A model generated the notes under the pieces. It saw nothing but the letters and a program-made list of their open reading frames with translations. It was not told the origin of the DNA and searched no databases. DNA of 64,000 nt from Yuukianura sp. NJ FZ-2021. Taxonomy: Eukaryota. How positions within the stretch are numbered: position 1 is the stretch's first letter; each line of letters begins with the position of its first letter. Below, piece by piece: positions 37,049 through 48,465 of the stretch. The stretch spans positions 9,548,001-9,612,000 of the forward strand of contig CM102283.1 of assembly GCA_046563655.1 (NCBI GenBank), read 5' to 3'. A program made the position numbers and the translations under genes.

Positions 37049-39435
37049 CTATTGCGAATAGTTTGGATACGCAACAAACTCCTGTTGCTGTTGTTGTTGT
37101 AGCGGTTGTTGTTGTTGTTGAAACTGGTGTTGTTGTGGCGGTGACACTGGACTCATGATGTGACCTTGGCCAGGGAGTGGCTGATTGATTGACGGATGGC
37201 CACTGGACATGAGTGGAGCAGAGTTGACTTGAGGAAGGTGTGTGGGACTCGCCACTTGTTGTGGTGGGAGTCCATTTTGCGTGGGCATTCCATGGGGCAG
37301 CATCATTCCAGGAGGAAGTGGTTGGTGGACGGCGTACTGCTGGTGGGGCATCTGGGATTGGACGTAGTAAGGTCCAGTAGAGGGTGGGGCAGTCCATGGT
37401 GGGACTGGCATGTTGTTCGGCATTTGGGCATAGTGTTGTGCTGGTGGTCCATAGCTTTGTCCCCCCGGGGCAGATGCTGGCAGTTGACCTTGACCATGCA
37501 TGGGGCCTAACCTTGGATCGTAGGACATTGGCGGAGGACGCTGCGGGCCCATGAGATGGTGGTACATGTTGAGAGCATCTACGAGTTCACTCCCTAGCCT
37601 CGTCAACTGAGCATGTCTCCTGTCGATCTTCTCCAGTTCAGCGTCAATCAAAGGCCCCATTTGGTTCACATGATCTGCAAATTTAAATTTAGCATCAATT
37701 GGCAATTAAAATTTAAATTATCGATTTAAAATACTTATTTAAAAGTCAGATCTAAGGGCTCACCTTCAAGGGCTCCCAGTTCTGGAGGATCCGGAATTTC
37801 ACCGTTTGTGTCCGCCTCATTCAGAAGATGTAACACCCTGTCCATAACAAAAAGTGTAGCTTAGCATACTACTCCAGAATTAGCACTCATCGAGCGTTGA
37901 GGTACTACATCTTTTAGTACGCCAATTTTAGTCTCATTTTTAGTACCTATCAATTTTGGTCTCATCGATTTCCACAATTTCTGGCTCGTGCTCCACCGTC
38001 TGAACTTCGACATCGTCATTAAATTGCACTGACTTCCGAGAATTCACTTCAGATTCTACAACAAATAGTGAAAATAAATGTTTTACATAATAAGTAAGAT
38101 TATATTCATATAATAAATAGTAAACAAGTTATAAACTACTTACTGGCAGGCTCCGCACTCAAGTCTGCAGTGACAAAATTCGATGGAAAGAGGCCACTGC
38201 CACGTTGATTTGACCCTTGCCACCAATTCACATCGGAATCATCCAGTACATGCACTATGAAAAAAATCAAAATTATACATTCATTAAACATCCTGCTACC
38301 CTTGACAAAAGCGTCACGCTTCTCCTCCACTAACTTGTGGAACAGACTGTATCGAATGGAAATCAGCCGTGTCTTACCAATCTCTCCTGCATAAAACGTC
38401 AATTCATTATCCTCTGCAGCCTCAAAGTCATACAGGGCACGAACTTTACGGGGTTCTGGTTTGGTTGAAGCAGAGCTACTTCCACCACTTGTACCCATCT
38501 GACCCAACCCTTGTGGGTACAGGCTCTTTGACTTTTGGCTGTTCTGAGTTTCCTTCAGAGACAGTTCGATCGCTGAAATCCGTAAAAACAAAAGATTAAG
38601 TAACAACATCAGCCTAGTCAGCTGCAAACATACAATTAGCTCACCTTTGGCTAAATCTTCCTCCTCCTGTTGCGCTGCACTCGCACTGGAACCTCCTCCA
38701 TGACTTTTGGATTTATGATTTTGGTGATGATTGTGACTTCCAGAGCTCTTCTTCATCTTTATCACAAAAAAGTAAAAGATAAACAACTATCTTGAAATAT
38801 AGCTGAGAAAGTATTACCTTCGACGGGCTGTTTTCGGAACTTGGAAAAATAACACCGCTGGCTTTGAGTTTGTTGTAAAACGAAGGAATCAAGTCCAGTT
38901 GTGGAGAGTTCTTAAATTCCGTTGTCGCCCACTTTTCCAAAAGTCCTAAAAGTTTGTCCCTGAGTGCCTTCTCTACTGCCTTGTTTAGGATTTTCTTGTA
39001 CTCTTGCTCAAAGTCCCTGGAGGCAATTTCCAAATGAAAGGCTTGGCCACAGTTACTGATACAAGCATCCAAGAGCTGCAACAAACCATAGTAAAGCGAT
39101 TTATTATCAGCCACTTAAGAATAGACATAAGTTATTGATTACCGTTGCAGCCTGAATGACAACGTGTGGATCTTGGTGATTTAGTCTTCGGATGATGGCT
39201 CGTAGACACTCCTTGGGTGCTTGAGGTGAGCTGGCTACTTTGTCACAAATGTCTAGAATCTGAGCCCAGTCTTCTTTCGTATTTGTTTCCAATGTTACTT
39301 TCTCTTAGATTCAAAGAAATCAAAATTAACTACAACCTTGAGGGAACTCTACAGTTTATAGAAAAAGTGTTGCATTTTAAGTAAGAACTCACCAACAATT
39401 GTATCAAATGGAGAGTCCTTGCCGAATATTCCCAT
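37049..39435 (-). CDS. STAM: Signal transducing adaptor molecule (ESCRT-0 subunit)
   Basis: Start [14 protein letters not shown] (39435-39393) spliced to a VHS domain ([21 protein letters not shown]...[22 protein letters not shown]). [18 protein letters not shown] is split by the intron 38644-38573. SH3 [17 protein letters not shown]...[21 protein letters not shown]/coiled coil [18 protein letters not shown]-rich tail. Confidence 0.95.
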
Positions 39436-40312
39436 CACTTATTATATTCCAGATAAATATTCTTAAGTGCAGTGCAGTCCGGGACAATCGTATTGTCTTC
39501 GGATAACGAATGGTCAAGTTGTCCTTTGTCCAAGGTTTAGAAAGGTCAACGTTCCTTTACAGTTCAATTCCAGTGCAGAGATTACGTGATCCCGTCGATT
39601 TCTAAAACAGGATTCAGAAAAATTAAAAAATTGTTAAAATGTTCACACCAACAACCTCACGGAGGAACACGATTACTAATTGTTTCTGTAAAAGGGAATG
39701 ACAGTACAAGAAGTGTTTGTCTGACGTTATCTAGAAACAGTCAATAGCCGATATCGATGACTCACGTCATCTTGTGATAAACTAACAACTAACGCAACTT
39801 ACACAGGAAACTTACTACTAAATTAGCAGTATCGCCTGAGGCAACTACGGTTTGACTACCAGGAAGTTAGTAGAATTACGCAATCCAGCCTCCAAAAACT
39901 AAGATTATGTAACTGAGAAGTTAATTACAATTACCTCTGTCACTTCATGGTCCGTTCAGCAACTGGGACTGTTTCCGTGGGGTAATTGAATCTGAGGAGG
40001 AGTAATTGAGTAAGTTATGTTAGTTGATGTGGCCGTGAATAAATTTCCAGATCAATCACCTGATCCCCTTACCGTTGTGTATTTAAATGAATGAAGCGAA
40101 GAAAGTGTACTCTCATCATCACGAGAACAAGTTTCTCAAAAGCCACCTCCTCCACGCAACTCCACCACCACTCTCGACGTCATCAAAATTCCAAATTTTG
40201 AAAATCCCGCTTCAGTTTATAAATTAGATTTTATTTTTATATAACGTAAATTATAAATTATATATTTATATAATTTAGTGGATAAATTATAAGGAATGGT
40301 AAATTACTTCAG

Positions 40313-42257
40313 CTACCCTATGAAATCTTTGATTCGAAGTGAATGGAAAGGTTCGACATTGAGAAGCACAGCGTTAGGAATCACAGTTTGTGTTGAAAAT
40401 GGCGGCGGTGGGGGTGGCAAGTTACATGCGCACCACGATTCAGGAATTTGAGCATCGTTGCACGTCCGTGTAGGCGGAAGGGGTTCAAAAATACTTTGAC
40501 CAGGGCCTGCATCTGCGCTGGTCCCTTTGACTTTGTTGCCTCGGGCATCCACCGTAGCCATTTTGAAGAGATGATACAACGTTTTGTAAACGTCGTAGTG
40601 ACTCGTCACTACTTCGGAGTTCTTGGATACAATGGCACTCACATTCGGAAGTAGCTGGTTCAGTTTTTCTGGAATTCGGATGAGGAATAGCGGAAGGCGT
40701 CTCTCCAGGAGTCCTTCGTGAGTTTCTGAGTATTCGTGAGCGTAGAAGCCATGGTCAGCCATGACAATGAAGACAGTATTTTCTAAAATTGAGGGTGTAG
40801 AGGTCAGGTTTTGGAAGAAGTTGAGCAAATCGGTATCGAGGAGTGATAGACTGCCAAAGTGGTCGTGGAAGGGCCAAGTAAGCCAAGGAATACTGAATAC
40901 TGGAGCAATTCCTTCAAGATTTTGCAACATTTCAAGTTCCATGTCCAAGATTAGCTTCCAAAGGGATGTTTCTCCAACACATTTCTAAAAAGTCAAAAGC
41001 AAACGATAAATCGCACATCGTAAAACCAAATTTTTCTATTCTTATGTTCTTACGTTGCTTTCTTTCTTGTTCATCTCCCAAGCAGTAAATAATGGACGAG
41101 GATAAACGTCTGTAGGGGGACTCACGAATCCTGCCTAAAAATTTGAAAAAATCCTGAATTAAACGACAGTCAAGGTAACCAATAGCCGTAAAAAGTTACC
41201 TGGAATCCATAGTTGAAGGTTCCAACGTAAGGTACATCTTCGATGTAGCTGGTGACATAGTGAGCATTCTGGAAGTCTTTCCAGATGAAGTAATTGTCAT
41301 CCCAAGGGTCTCTCCAGTGATGATACTCGAATGTATCCCTAGCTGACGTTCCTGTTAGCATTGGCATAACGTTCATCATAGTTGGTTCACCCAGGGCATG
41401 AAACTTGTGGAACTGGATGAAGTTGAGCTGCGTCTTAAGGAAGTTAATGGTCAATGGTAGATGACGGGAAGCATCGGTTGATGAAGTTGAATCCAGGACA
41501 AGCAGTACCACATTGACAGGCAGTCCTTGACCTTTGTCGTCATCCCAATGGTCTACTCTACGCTTAATGGCATCAGTGTTGGTCAACAGTCTTGAAAGAT
41601 ATGAATACTGAAGGGTATTTGTCCAGAAGTGTCGACAAGCTACCATCACATACTCCGCAGTTACCGAGTGGATTTGGTTCATACTGTCAAACGGCTCCAA
41701 CTCCCTAAACAACCATGGACACAAGTTGATAATTAACTAATTAAACTAATTGATAACTGGCAACTTAGTGGAGGATTATTACTCATTCGTACCAGAGAAC
41801 ATGAGTATCACTGGGAAGTATTTGGGGGCGGAGTATTTCGAATGCAGTACAGTCTTCTTTTTTGTATGAATCGCTTGACAGCAGTTCCAGTGTCTACAGA
41901 ATTACAAAGTTATCGTTTTAAGAACGTTTGGAGAATCGTTAAATTGTCAATTAGCATTTCATTTACCCCGTTGTCCGCAAATTGTATCCTCGGCAGTGCT
42001 ATTTTGTTGTCATCTGAACATTCACTGATCATGTGACGTCCAGGTACCGTTTCGTTGTACGTTTTTGAACGTAAAGGAATGTCGGGTATTACGCATGATC
42101 CAGAACTGGTGGTGTCCAGTGGGATACGAACGTTGCTGTCCCATTTTCGTCTGATTCTGAGGGTAACCCAGACTATAATGGCAGTGGACACCAAAGTTAG
42201 TGCCAACTTACGAACTCCGCAACTTGTGAACAAACGTTTTCCTTTTCGTTGAAACAT
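40313..42257 (-). CDS. DUF229 family protein (alkaline phosphatase/sulfatase-like fold, type II membrane anchor)
   Basis: N-terminal TM (LALTLVSTAIIVWVTL). Motifs NVVLLVLDSTS, LGEPTMMNVMPMLTG, FIWKDFQNAHYVTSYIED, GTFNY..GF..PPTD.YPRP, NTVFIVMADHG, ERRLP, TSHYDVYKTL, RTCNDAQIPESWCAC. Internal exon boundaries are approximate, and a further short terminal exon at 40209-40119 is possible. Confidence 0.88.
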
Positions 42258-43430
42258 AACGTCGACACAGTCTAAAATACTAAATCACGTGCACTACATC
42301 ACGACAACAAAGAAAGAGCGGGAACGGACTAAAATATTTAAATTTTTGAAGACAAAGAACCGTTCCGCGCTCTTTTTTTTTAAGATTTGACACTTCGTGT
42401 ACACTTTTACAACTTTGTAGTTCTTAGCACAATAAGAAATTGAAAAATTTCACAATTTGCAACCTTAAATTGTGCAATAATGTGTTTTCTAACCACATTG
42501 TGATTACGATGTGTTGGAAGAATGTAGAAAGTTTCGGACTTTCCATGATTTTGCAAAAGTCAATCAACTAAAATCAATAAAAACAGCTCGCTTCCTGTAG
42601 ACTTTCGTATAAAAAATTTATACTTTCCCGGTTTTTACCCGGTTTTGTACTGCGTTTGCCTCAAAAATTGTTAACACACAAACGTCTATGTTGATGTTCA
42701 CTCTGTTAAAGTCATTCGACTGTTCTATGTAAATATAACTTGACTTGACACTTTATCAACAGACTGACACTTAACTTATCTTAACACGCAATTGTTAATA
42801 GTTTAGTTGGGAAATAGACTATTTCCCTCTGCACAATAAAGCTTCTAAACCAACTAAAAGTGAAACATTATTAATTTAATGTCCTTTTGTTAACTAGTTG
42901 CTAATACATTAAAGTTTCCAAATGTTAAAATTTTTGCAATTATTGTTCCAAGAATAAAACGTCGGAATTTATTTCTTGAACTTTTTTGATGTTGCAGAAA
43001 TGTGCTTTTGATTTTATTTCCGATTGAGTTGGCATAAAGACTAAAATTAATTAATTATTGTATGAGAATAAGTATAAGTAGATGAGGTTTTTAATATTTT
43101 GATTTAGACGCCAATGAATTTTTTGAAGAAAGTGCGAATATAGACGAAGGAAATTTGTGATTTGTGCAGCATTAATTCAAATTACAAAGACAAAGTTCCA
43201 ATTTGTTCAAGGTTTCTCCTTTTTTAGCAACTGTTCATGCCGTTTCATTTTGTCTTTGTTTTTGAGTAACTTTTTTGAAACAATAAATTTAGCATTTTTA
43301 AGTTCTTAGTTTTGTATGTGAAAAGTGCAATTATCAGCAAGAGTGTTTGAATTTTTGTGAATAGTCCGAAAAGAGTGTGAGTTGAGGCTTTTTTGAAAAT
43401 TTTGTAGTAGTTGTTTTGTTTTCAAAATTT

Positions 43431-46414
43431 TTAGAGCCCTTTGATATCAACACAAGATTTCCATTTTCGATTTCCCCACCGAATCAACTTTTCAATCAAA
43501 TTCTGTTTGACGAGACACGCAGTTCGGTTGATTGCGAATTGTTTGAACAGGATTTCCCTCAGTTCGTCTGTGTTGATGCTCAGCTGAACTGAAGTTTCGA
43601 TGTGCTTCATGTTATAGCGATTCCCAAGTGAAAACGGATCTGAGAAAGTTGAATCGTCAGTTTCAAAATTTCAAAAATTTTCAATTTTCAAAATTTTTCA
43701 AAATTTTGAAAATTTACCATTTGGACTGACGCAGCGCCCTCTCTCCAAGTCACACTTGTTGCCCACAAGGAGGATGACCTTTGACTCCAGTGAGGTCAAC
43801 TTGTCCAGCACTCCTTTGACATACTTGAAAGAGTCTCTGTCCGTAATGGAGTAGAGCAGAATAATACCATCGTATTTATACATGTGGGAAAGCTAGCATT
43901 ACAAAAACCAAAAAATAATCTAAAATTTTGAACTTTTTTGAAGTTTTGAAATTTTGAAATTTACCGCGTTGGAGTCATTGACCACTTTGATTCCAAAGTC
44001 ATAGCCTTCTTCTTGGACAGTGATGGCTAGATTCGGTGATGTTGGCTCTGGATACACAAAAAAGGAGAAAATTTTGAACATTTTGTTTTTGTCTTTGTTT
44101 AGTAGAAAATAGTTTGGAAACAAAATTCGAATATGCTGTGTTTTACTTAAAAAAAAAAAAACGAAGCAAAAAAGGAGAAAGCTTTTTTCTTTTTGAAAAT
44201 TGAATCCACGTGGATACAAAATCAGTCCAAAGTTTTTTCAAGGGGAAAATTTCACTTAACTAGACCAAGGCCACCACCACCAGTTGGGAGGGTAGGGTAG
44301 AAGGGCGGGCATGAGAAATTTTGGGGGCGGGGAGCCACCATTCATAAAAGTTTTGGGAGCCACCACGTGGCGGGTTCCGTTTTTAAAAAACTTGTCCAGG
44401 AAATCAGGTTTCCGCATTTTATGGCCTAATTTCCAACCCCAAAAATAAAATGACTCCCTGGAGAAAGCATTGAGAGGGAGGAGGAGGAGGGGGGCCTCCT
44501 CCCTCCTCCTGCCCTCCCCCTCCAGGGGGCGGGTGGGGACAGTTACGCACGAAAACGCACTTTTCTGTAGATCTTCGTTTTTTTGGCTACCCAATGACGT
44601 CATTTCATTCAGTCGTCCTACTTAAAGTCTCAGCTTCTGACACAAAAAGTTTATCCTATGTTGAACATGGCACGTAAACTGTGCGCGGAGAGTTTGTGCG
44701 TGAATGAAAATTTCATTTCTGTTCTATAAAAGAGTGTTCGTGCGTCTGTGCGTCTCTGTGTGCGTAATAGGCTCCCTCCCCCAGTACCCTGCCCGCCCTT
44801 CCCCTACCCACACCCGCCCCCTCCCCCGTCGTGTCCTACATTGGCTCTTCTTGGCTACAAAGGAAATACTTTCACCATGTCTGTTTACTCATCGATCCAC
44901 CCGCCAAAGGATTCCACGTGCCTAATGTTCTTCTTGCCCCATTTCCACAACCACCAAATTCTTAAGGGCCCCCACTTTTCAAACACTGGCGGTTTACAAA
45001 TTTCGGGAGCCCTTCAAGTCCCTTTGTCTCTTGTCCTAAGATTTTGCCACTGTCATGAGACACTCAAGTAACAACTTGAGCACAAAATGGCTCAAGGGCC
45101 ATTAAATTCGGGAGCCCTTAATTCAATTTTTACGACCAACTCTTATTAAGTGGCCCATTTGGAACATAAACTGCCTTTACTCTGTGAAACTACTGAGGAA
45201 ACAGTGTGAAACTGGAGAGGAAATGAGGAAATAGGTGTAAAACTTTTGAAATTAGTAAAAGTAATTGCTGTAAGAAGAGTAATTTAAAGTGGAATTGAGG
45301 TAGGAAGGTACTAAAATGGATTTAGTGGAGATGAGTAGGGTGTGAAATGGTGAGGAAATGAGAGAGAGGTGAATGACCTCTGAGGAAATGGAGAGGAAAC
45401 GGGAGAAAGTAAAAGATTAAGAACTTTTACCTTCTGCCTCTCCGAAGGAGGAGAGAAGGCATTTCTTTCCCACATTTTCACTCCCTAGGAGAGCCACGTT
45501 GTAGGTTTTCAAGTAGAGCTCCAGAGATTCCAGCTGAAGATTACTCAGAGTCCGTTGGGGTGAATGACCCGGAGTCTAAGAATTTCAAAAAAAAAAATTC
45601 TGAAAAAAAAATTTCGAAGAAAAATTTCATCCCGAGACATGACTCCAGGAATTTACGCCACCGAATTCCTGAACAAAGTCCTACACCAAGTTCCTTTGAC
45701 ATTTCTTTCAATTTTCCTCAAAGTTCATTTCTCTCTGGCAGGGTTAGCCTCCTGCGACCACTTGCTCAACAGTCAAACTGGTCAACACAATTTGGTCAAC
45801 TTTTGGTTTTACTCTACCAGAAGTAAAACTGACTAGCCTATGGCTTTATAATTTGTGTTGAGCAAGTTGTGTAGATCAGTTTACCTTTGACTTTTTGTAG
45901 TAGTTGCTGAACTCCTCCCATGAACTGCCGACATCCAGTTTGTTTGAAGCGATGGATGCATTTGAGGATCTTCTAGAAGATGAGAATTTGGGCGAGAGAC
46001 TGCGTGGGGACGGCGTCTTGCGTTTCGTCATGAGGTCATTTGTTGACCTCTTCGGTGAAGGAGTTTTGGCGCGTCGAATGAACTTGGTCCCCGCAGTACT
46101 GCTGCTGTTCTGAGAAGCGACATCAGACGCTGCAGCGTTCGTAGAAATTACGACATTGATGGATCTGGATCGCTGACGCTGCTGCTGAGCACAGCACTGG
46201 AGACTTTCGTACTGGTTGTTGTTGCCTAGCAACGACTCGGTCAATGTGATCAGAGGAAGGGTTGGTGCATTATTCAGTTGCTGAAAAATTTCCAGATTTT
46301 CAAAAAAATTTTTTTTTTCAATTTGAAAATTTTAAAATTTGTTACCTTGATGTTACATCCAGCGTCCAAAGGCGTGTAGGAGAATGAATTTGAGCTTCTT
46401 CTGGCCAAAAGCAT
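43431..46414 (-). CDS. Divergent RGK (Rad/Gem/Rem)-family small GTPase-like protein
   Basis: Phase-consistent exons 46414-46346, 46280-45885, 45575-45431, 44047-43965, 43892-43718, 43639-43431. Long Ser/Arg-rich N-extension, G1-like YNVALLGSENVGKK, YSITDRDSF, G4 LVGNKCDLER, G5 IETSV, basic tail ending KWKSCVDIKGL* (Cys 7 residues from the end, the RGK C-7 signature). Confidence 0.8.
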
Positions 46415-47671
46415 TTTGTTTTTGTCTTTAGAGATAACTTTTCGTTTAAATTTTGAGTTAATTAAAAGTGTTAATTAGTTAATTTAGTTAACTTTATCCT
46501 AACTTTTGTTGTTGCTGAACACTTTTAGTGGTAAAGGTTATGTATATTTTATGTTGAACACATCCGTTGACACAATGAACACAATCTGGTGATGTTACCC
46601 TGTAACTTCTACAGCATTAACTTTCTATTTTACTTTTTCTTTTGTATTTTTTTGTATTTTTTTTTTGAAGTACAATACCCTGAATTTTTTGAATTTGAAA
46701 ACCTTGTAAATTATTTTGCTTAAAATTTATGGCCGTTTTCTACGTTAACTTGAACACACGCGGTGATTTGACTCTTTTGTGTAAGAAAAACTCTACATTT
46801 TTTTTTCGCAAATTCTAGTCTATTGTTATGAAAATTTTTTTGAAACGTTATTTTTTTTTGTATTGAGTTGCTAGCGCTGCCAGCGATCTACTGAATCTGC
46901 GAGGAGCCAGACAGCGACTGAAAGTGAAAGTGAAAGTTTTTCTGAAACTTTCTCTTCCTCTTCCCAGCCAAACCCAAAGCCAAAACTTTTGGCAGGAGTC
47001 ACTTTTTTTCAAAAACGAAAGAAAAGTATCGTTTCACGAAATTGCCAGCGGTCGCTTTTTTCTTGTAGAAACAATTTATTCTTAAACTTTTTTTGAGTTT
47101 TTGTAAAAAGTTCATTTGATGTCAAAACTTTCACCGCTGGACACAAAGTCTATAACTCTGACGCCTATATTCCAGTATAGTGTCTATAACTCCTGTATCT
47201 CAGAGTCTATAATTCCTATAGTCGTCTCAACTAGCCCCACCCTGTCATCCTCCTGTAGAAAGTACTATAAGTTCTGGTTGTTTGCTCAAGTAAATTGTTA
47301 TATGGTTTGATGGTTGCTCTACTTCTGCCTCAAATTGGATTACTGTACTTTTTCCAAGGATTTTGGAAAGCTCGAGGAGAAAAAAAGAAGTTTGTGACAT
47401 TCTCTCCTGCATTCCCTCGACGATAACAAACACAATAGACAGGATTGGCTTTTTAGGCGGGAAAAGGTGAAAGTAATACAAAAGAGGACAAATATCGTCA
47501 TGAAAAGAAATTTGGAAAAAGAATTTTCAAAAAAAAAGTTTCAATAAAGTCTTTTAATCAACTCGTCTCTTACAAAAAATAACAACAATAAACCAAGGAG
47601 TAACAAAATTAAAACGAGAACTTTCAAATTTTTTCCCGCGGGCGGCATTTTTCTTTTGAATTTTTTAAAAT

Positions 47672-48366
47672 TTAATGGTAACCATGGTAATGGTTGTCTG
47701 GTGGTTGGCGGACCCAGTAACCATAAGGAGCAAAACCATAACCATCGTAACCACCGTAACCACCGCCGTGACCTTTAGATTGACCTCGGTAGACTTTGAT
47801 TTGTACTCGACCGTGACCGTAACCACCGTGATGACCTGGAGCGAAAAAGGAGAAAAATTAAAAATTCTTCTAGAAAAAATTATTCAAAAATGTCAAAAAC
47901 TGGAGAAAATTAGACAAAAACGATGTAAATATTTTGTTTTTGAAACTTTTTTTTTGGAAATATGTTTAATTGTGTTATAAATCACAATTAATTGTCATGA
48001 ATTAGTTTTTGGAGAGAATGTAACACCTTAATACAAAATTCGCACTTCTACAAAACGTATTAATTTCAATTTGAAAATGACACCGTGGGAGGGGACGCTT
48101 TCCTGCTCTAAATCATTTTCAAATTAAAACGGAAACTTTCTCTCCTAAGCAGGGGCTCAACGGATTACTTTCACGTTAACGTAAATCCGTAAACAACGTA
48201 AATTTTTACGTCAATGTAAATACGTAAATAACTTTTGTTATTAAGAAAACTTACCAGCAGCAGCATCCAAGTCTCCTGTTCGACCAACGTTTTTTCCTGG
48301 ATAAGCCAAAACGCTTACTGCCAAACCCAGTACAATTCCAATAACAAAAATTTCAAAAACTTTCAT
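47672..48366 (-). CDS. Small secreted Gly/His/Tyr-rich peptide (~91 aa), possibly cuticular or antimicrobial
   Basis: Exon 1 48366-48255 encodes signal peptide MKVFEIFVIGIVLGLAVSVLA plus YPGKNVGRTGDLDAAA. Exon 2 47835-47672 encodes GHHGGYGHGRVQIKVYRGQSKGHGGGYGGYDGYGFAPYGYWVRQPPDNHYHGYH*. Phase-1 GT-AG intron. Confidence 0.85.
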
Positions 48367-48427
48367 TTCGAATTTGTTAAATTTTAAAAATTCAAAAAGT
48401 GTTGCAATTGGTGTGAAATTCAAGTGA

Positions 48428-48465
48428 AACTAAAAGAAACTCAAGTCAGTTGGTTCCTATTTATA
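48428..48465 (-). promoter_or_regulatory. TATA box plus Inr-like element of the Gly/His/Tyr-rich peptide gene
   Basis: TATAAATA on the minus strand at 48465-48458, TTAGTT ~30 nt downstream (48433-48428), ATG ~60 nt further on. Confidence 0.6.

Noticed and set aside
37486-37497. DR0-like TGGTCAAGGTCA in the STAM coding sequence
   Set aside because: Imperfect and readily explained by Gly-Gln codons (GQGQ). It also shows that some exonic AGGTCA hits can arise from codon usage.
39749-39759. DRE (TATCGATA) at the STAM promoter
   Set aside because: Only a 7/8 match (TATCGATG). Plausible, but too short to support.
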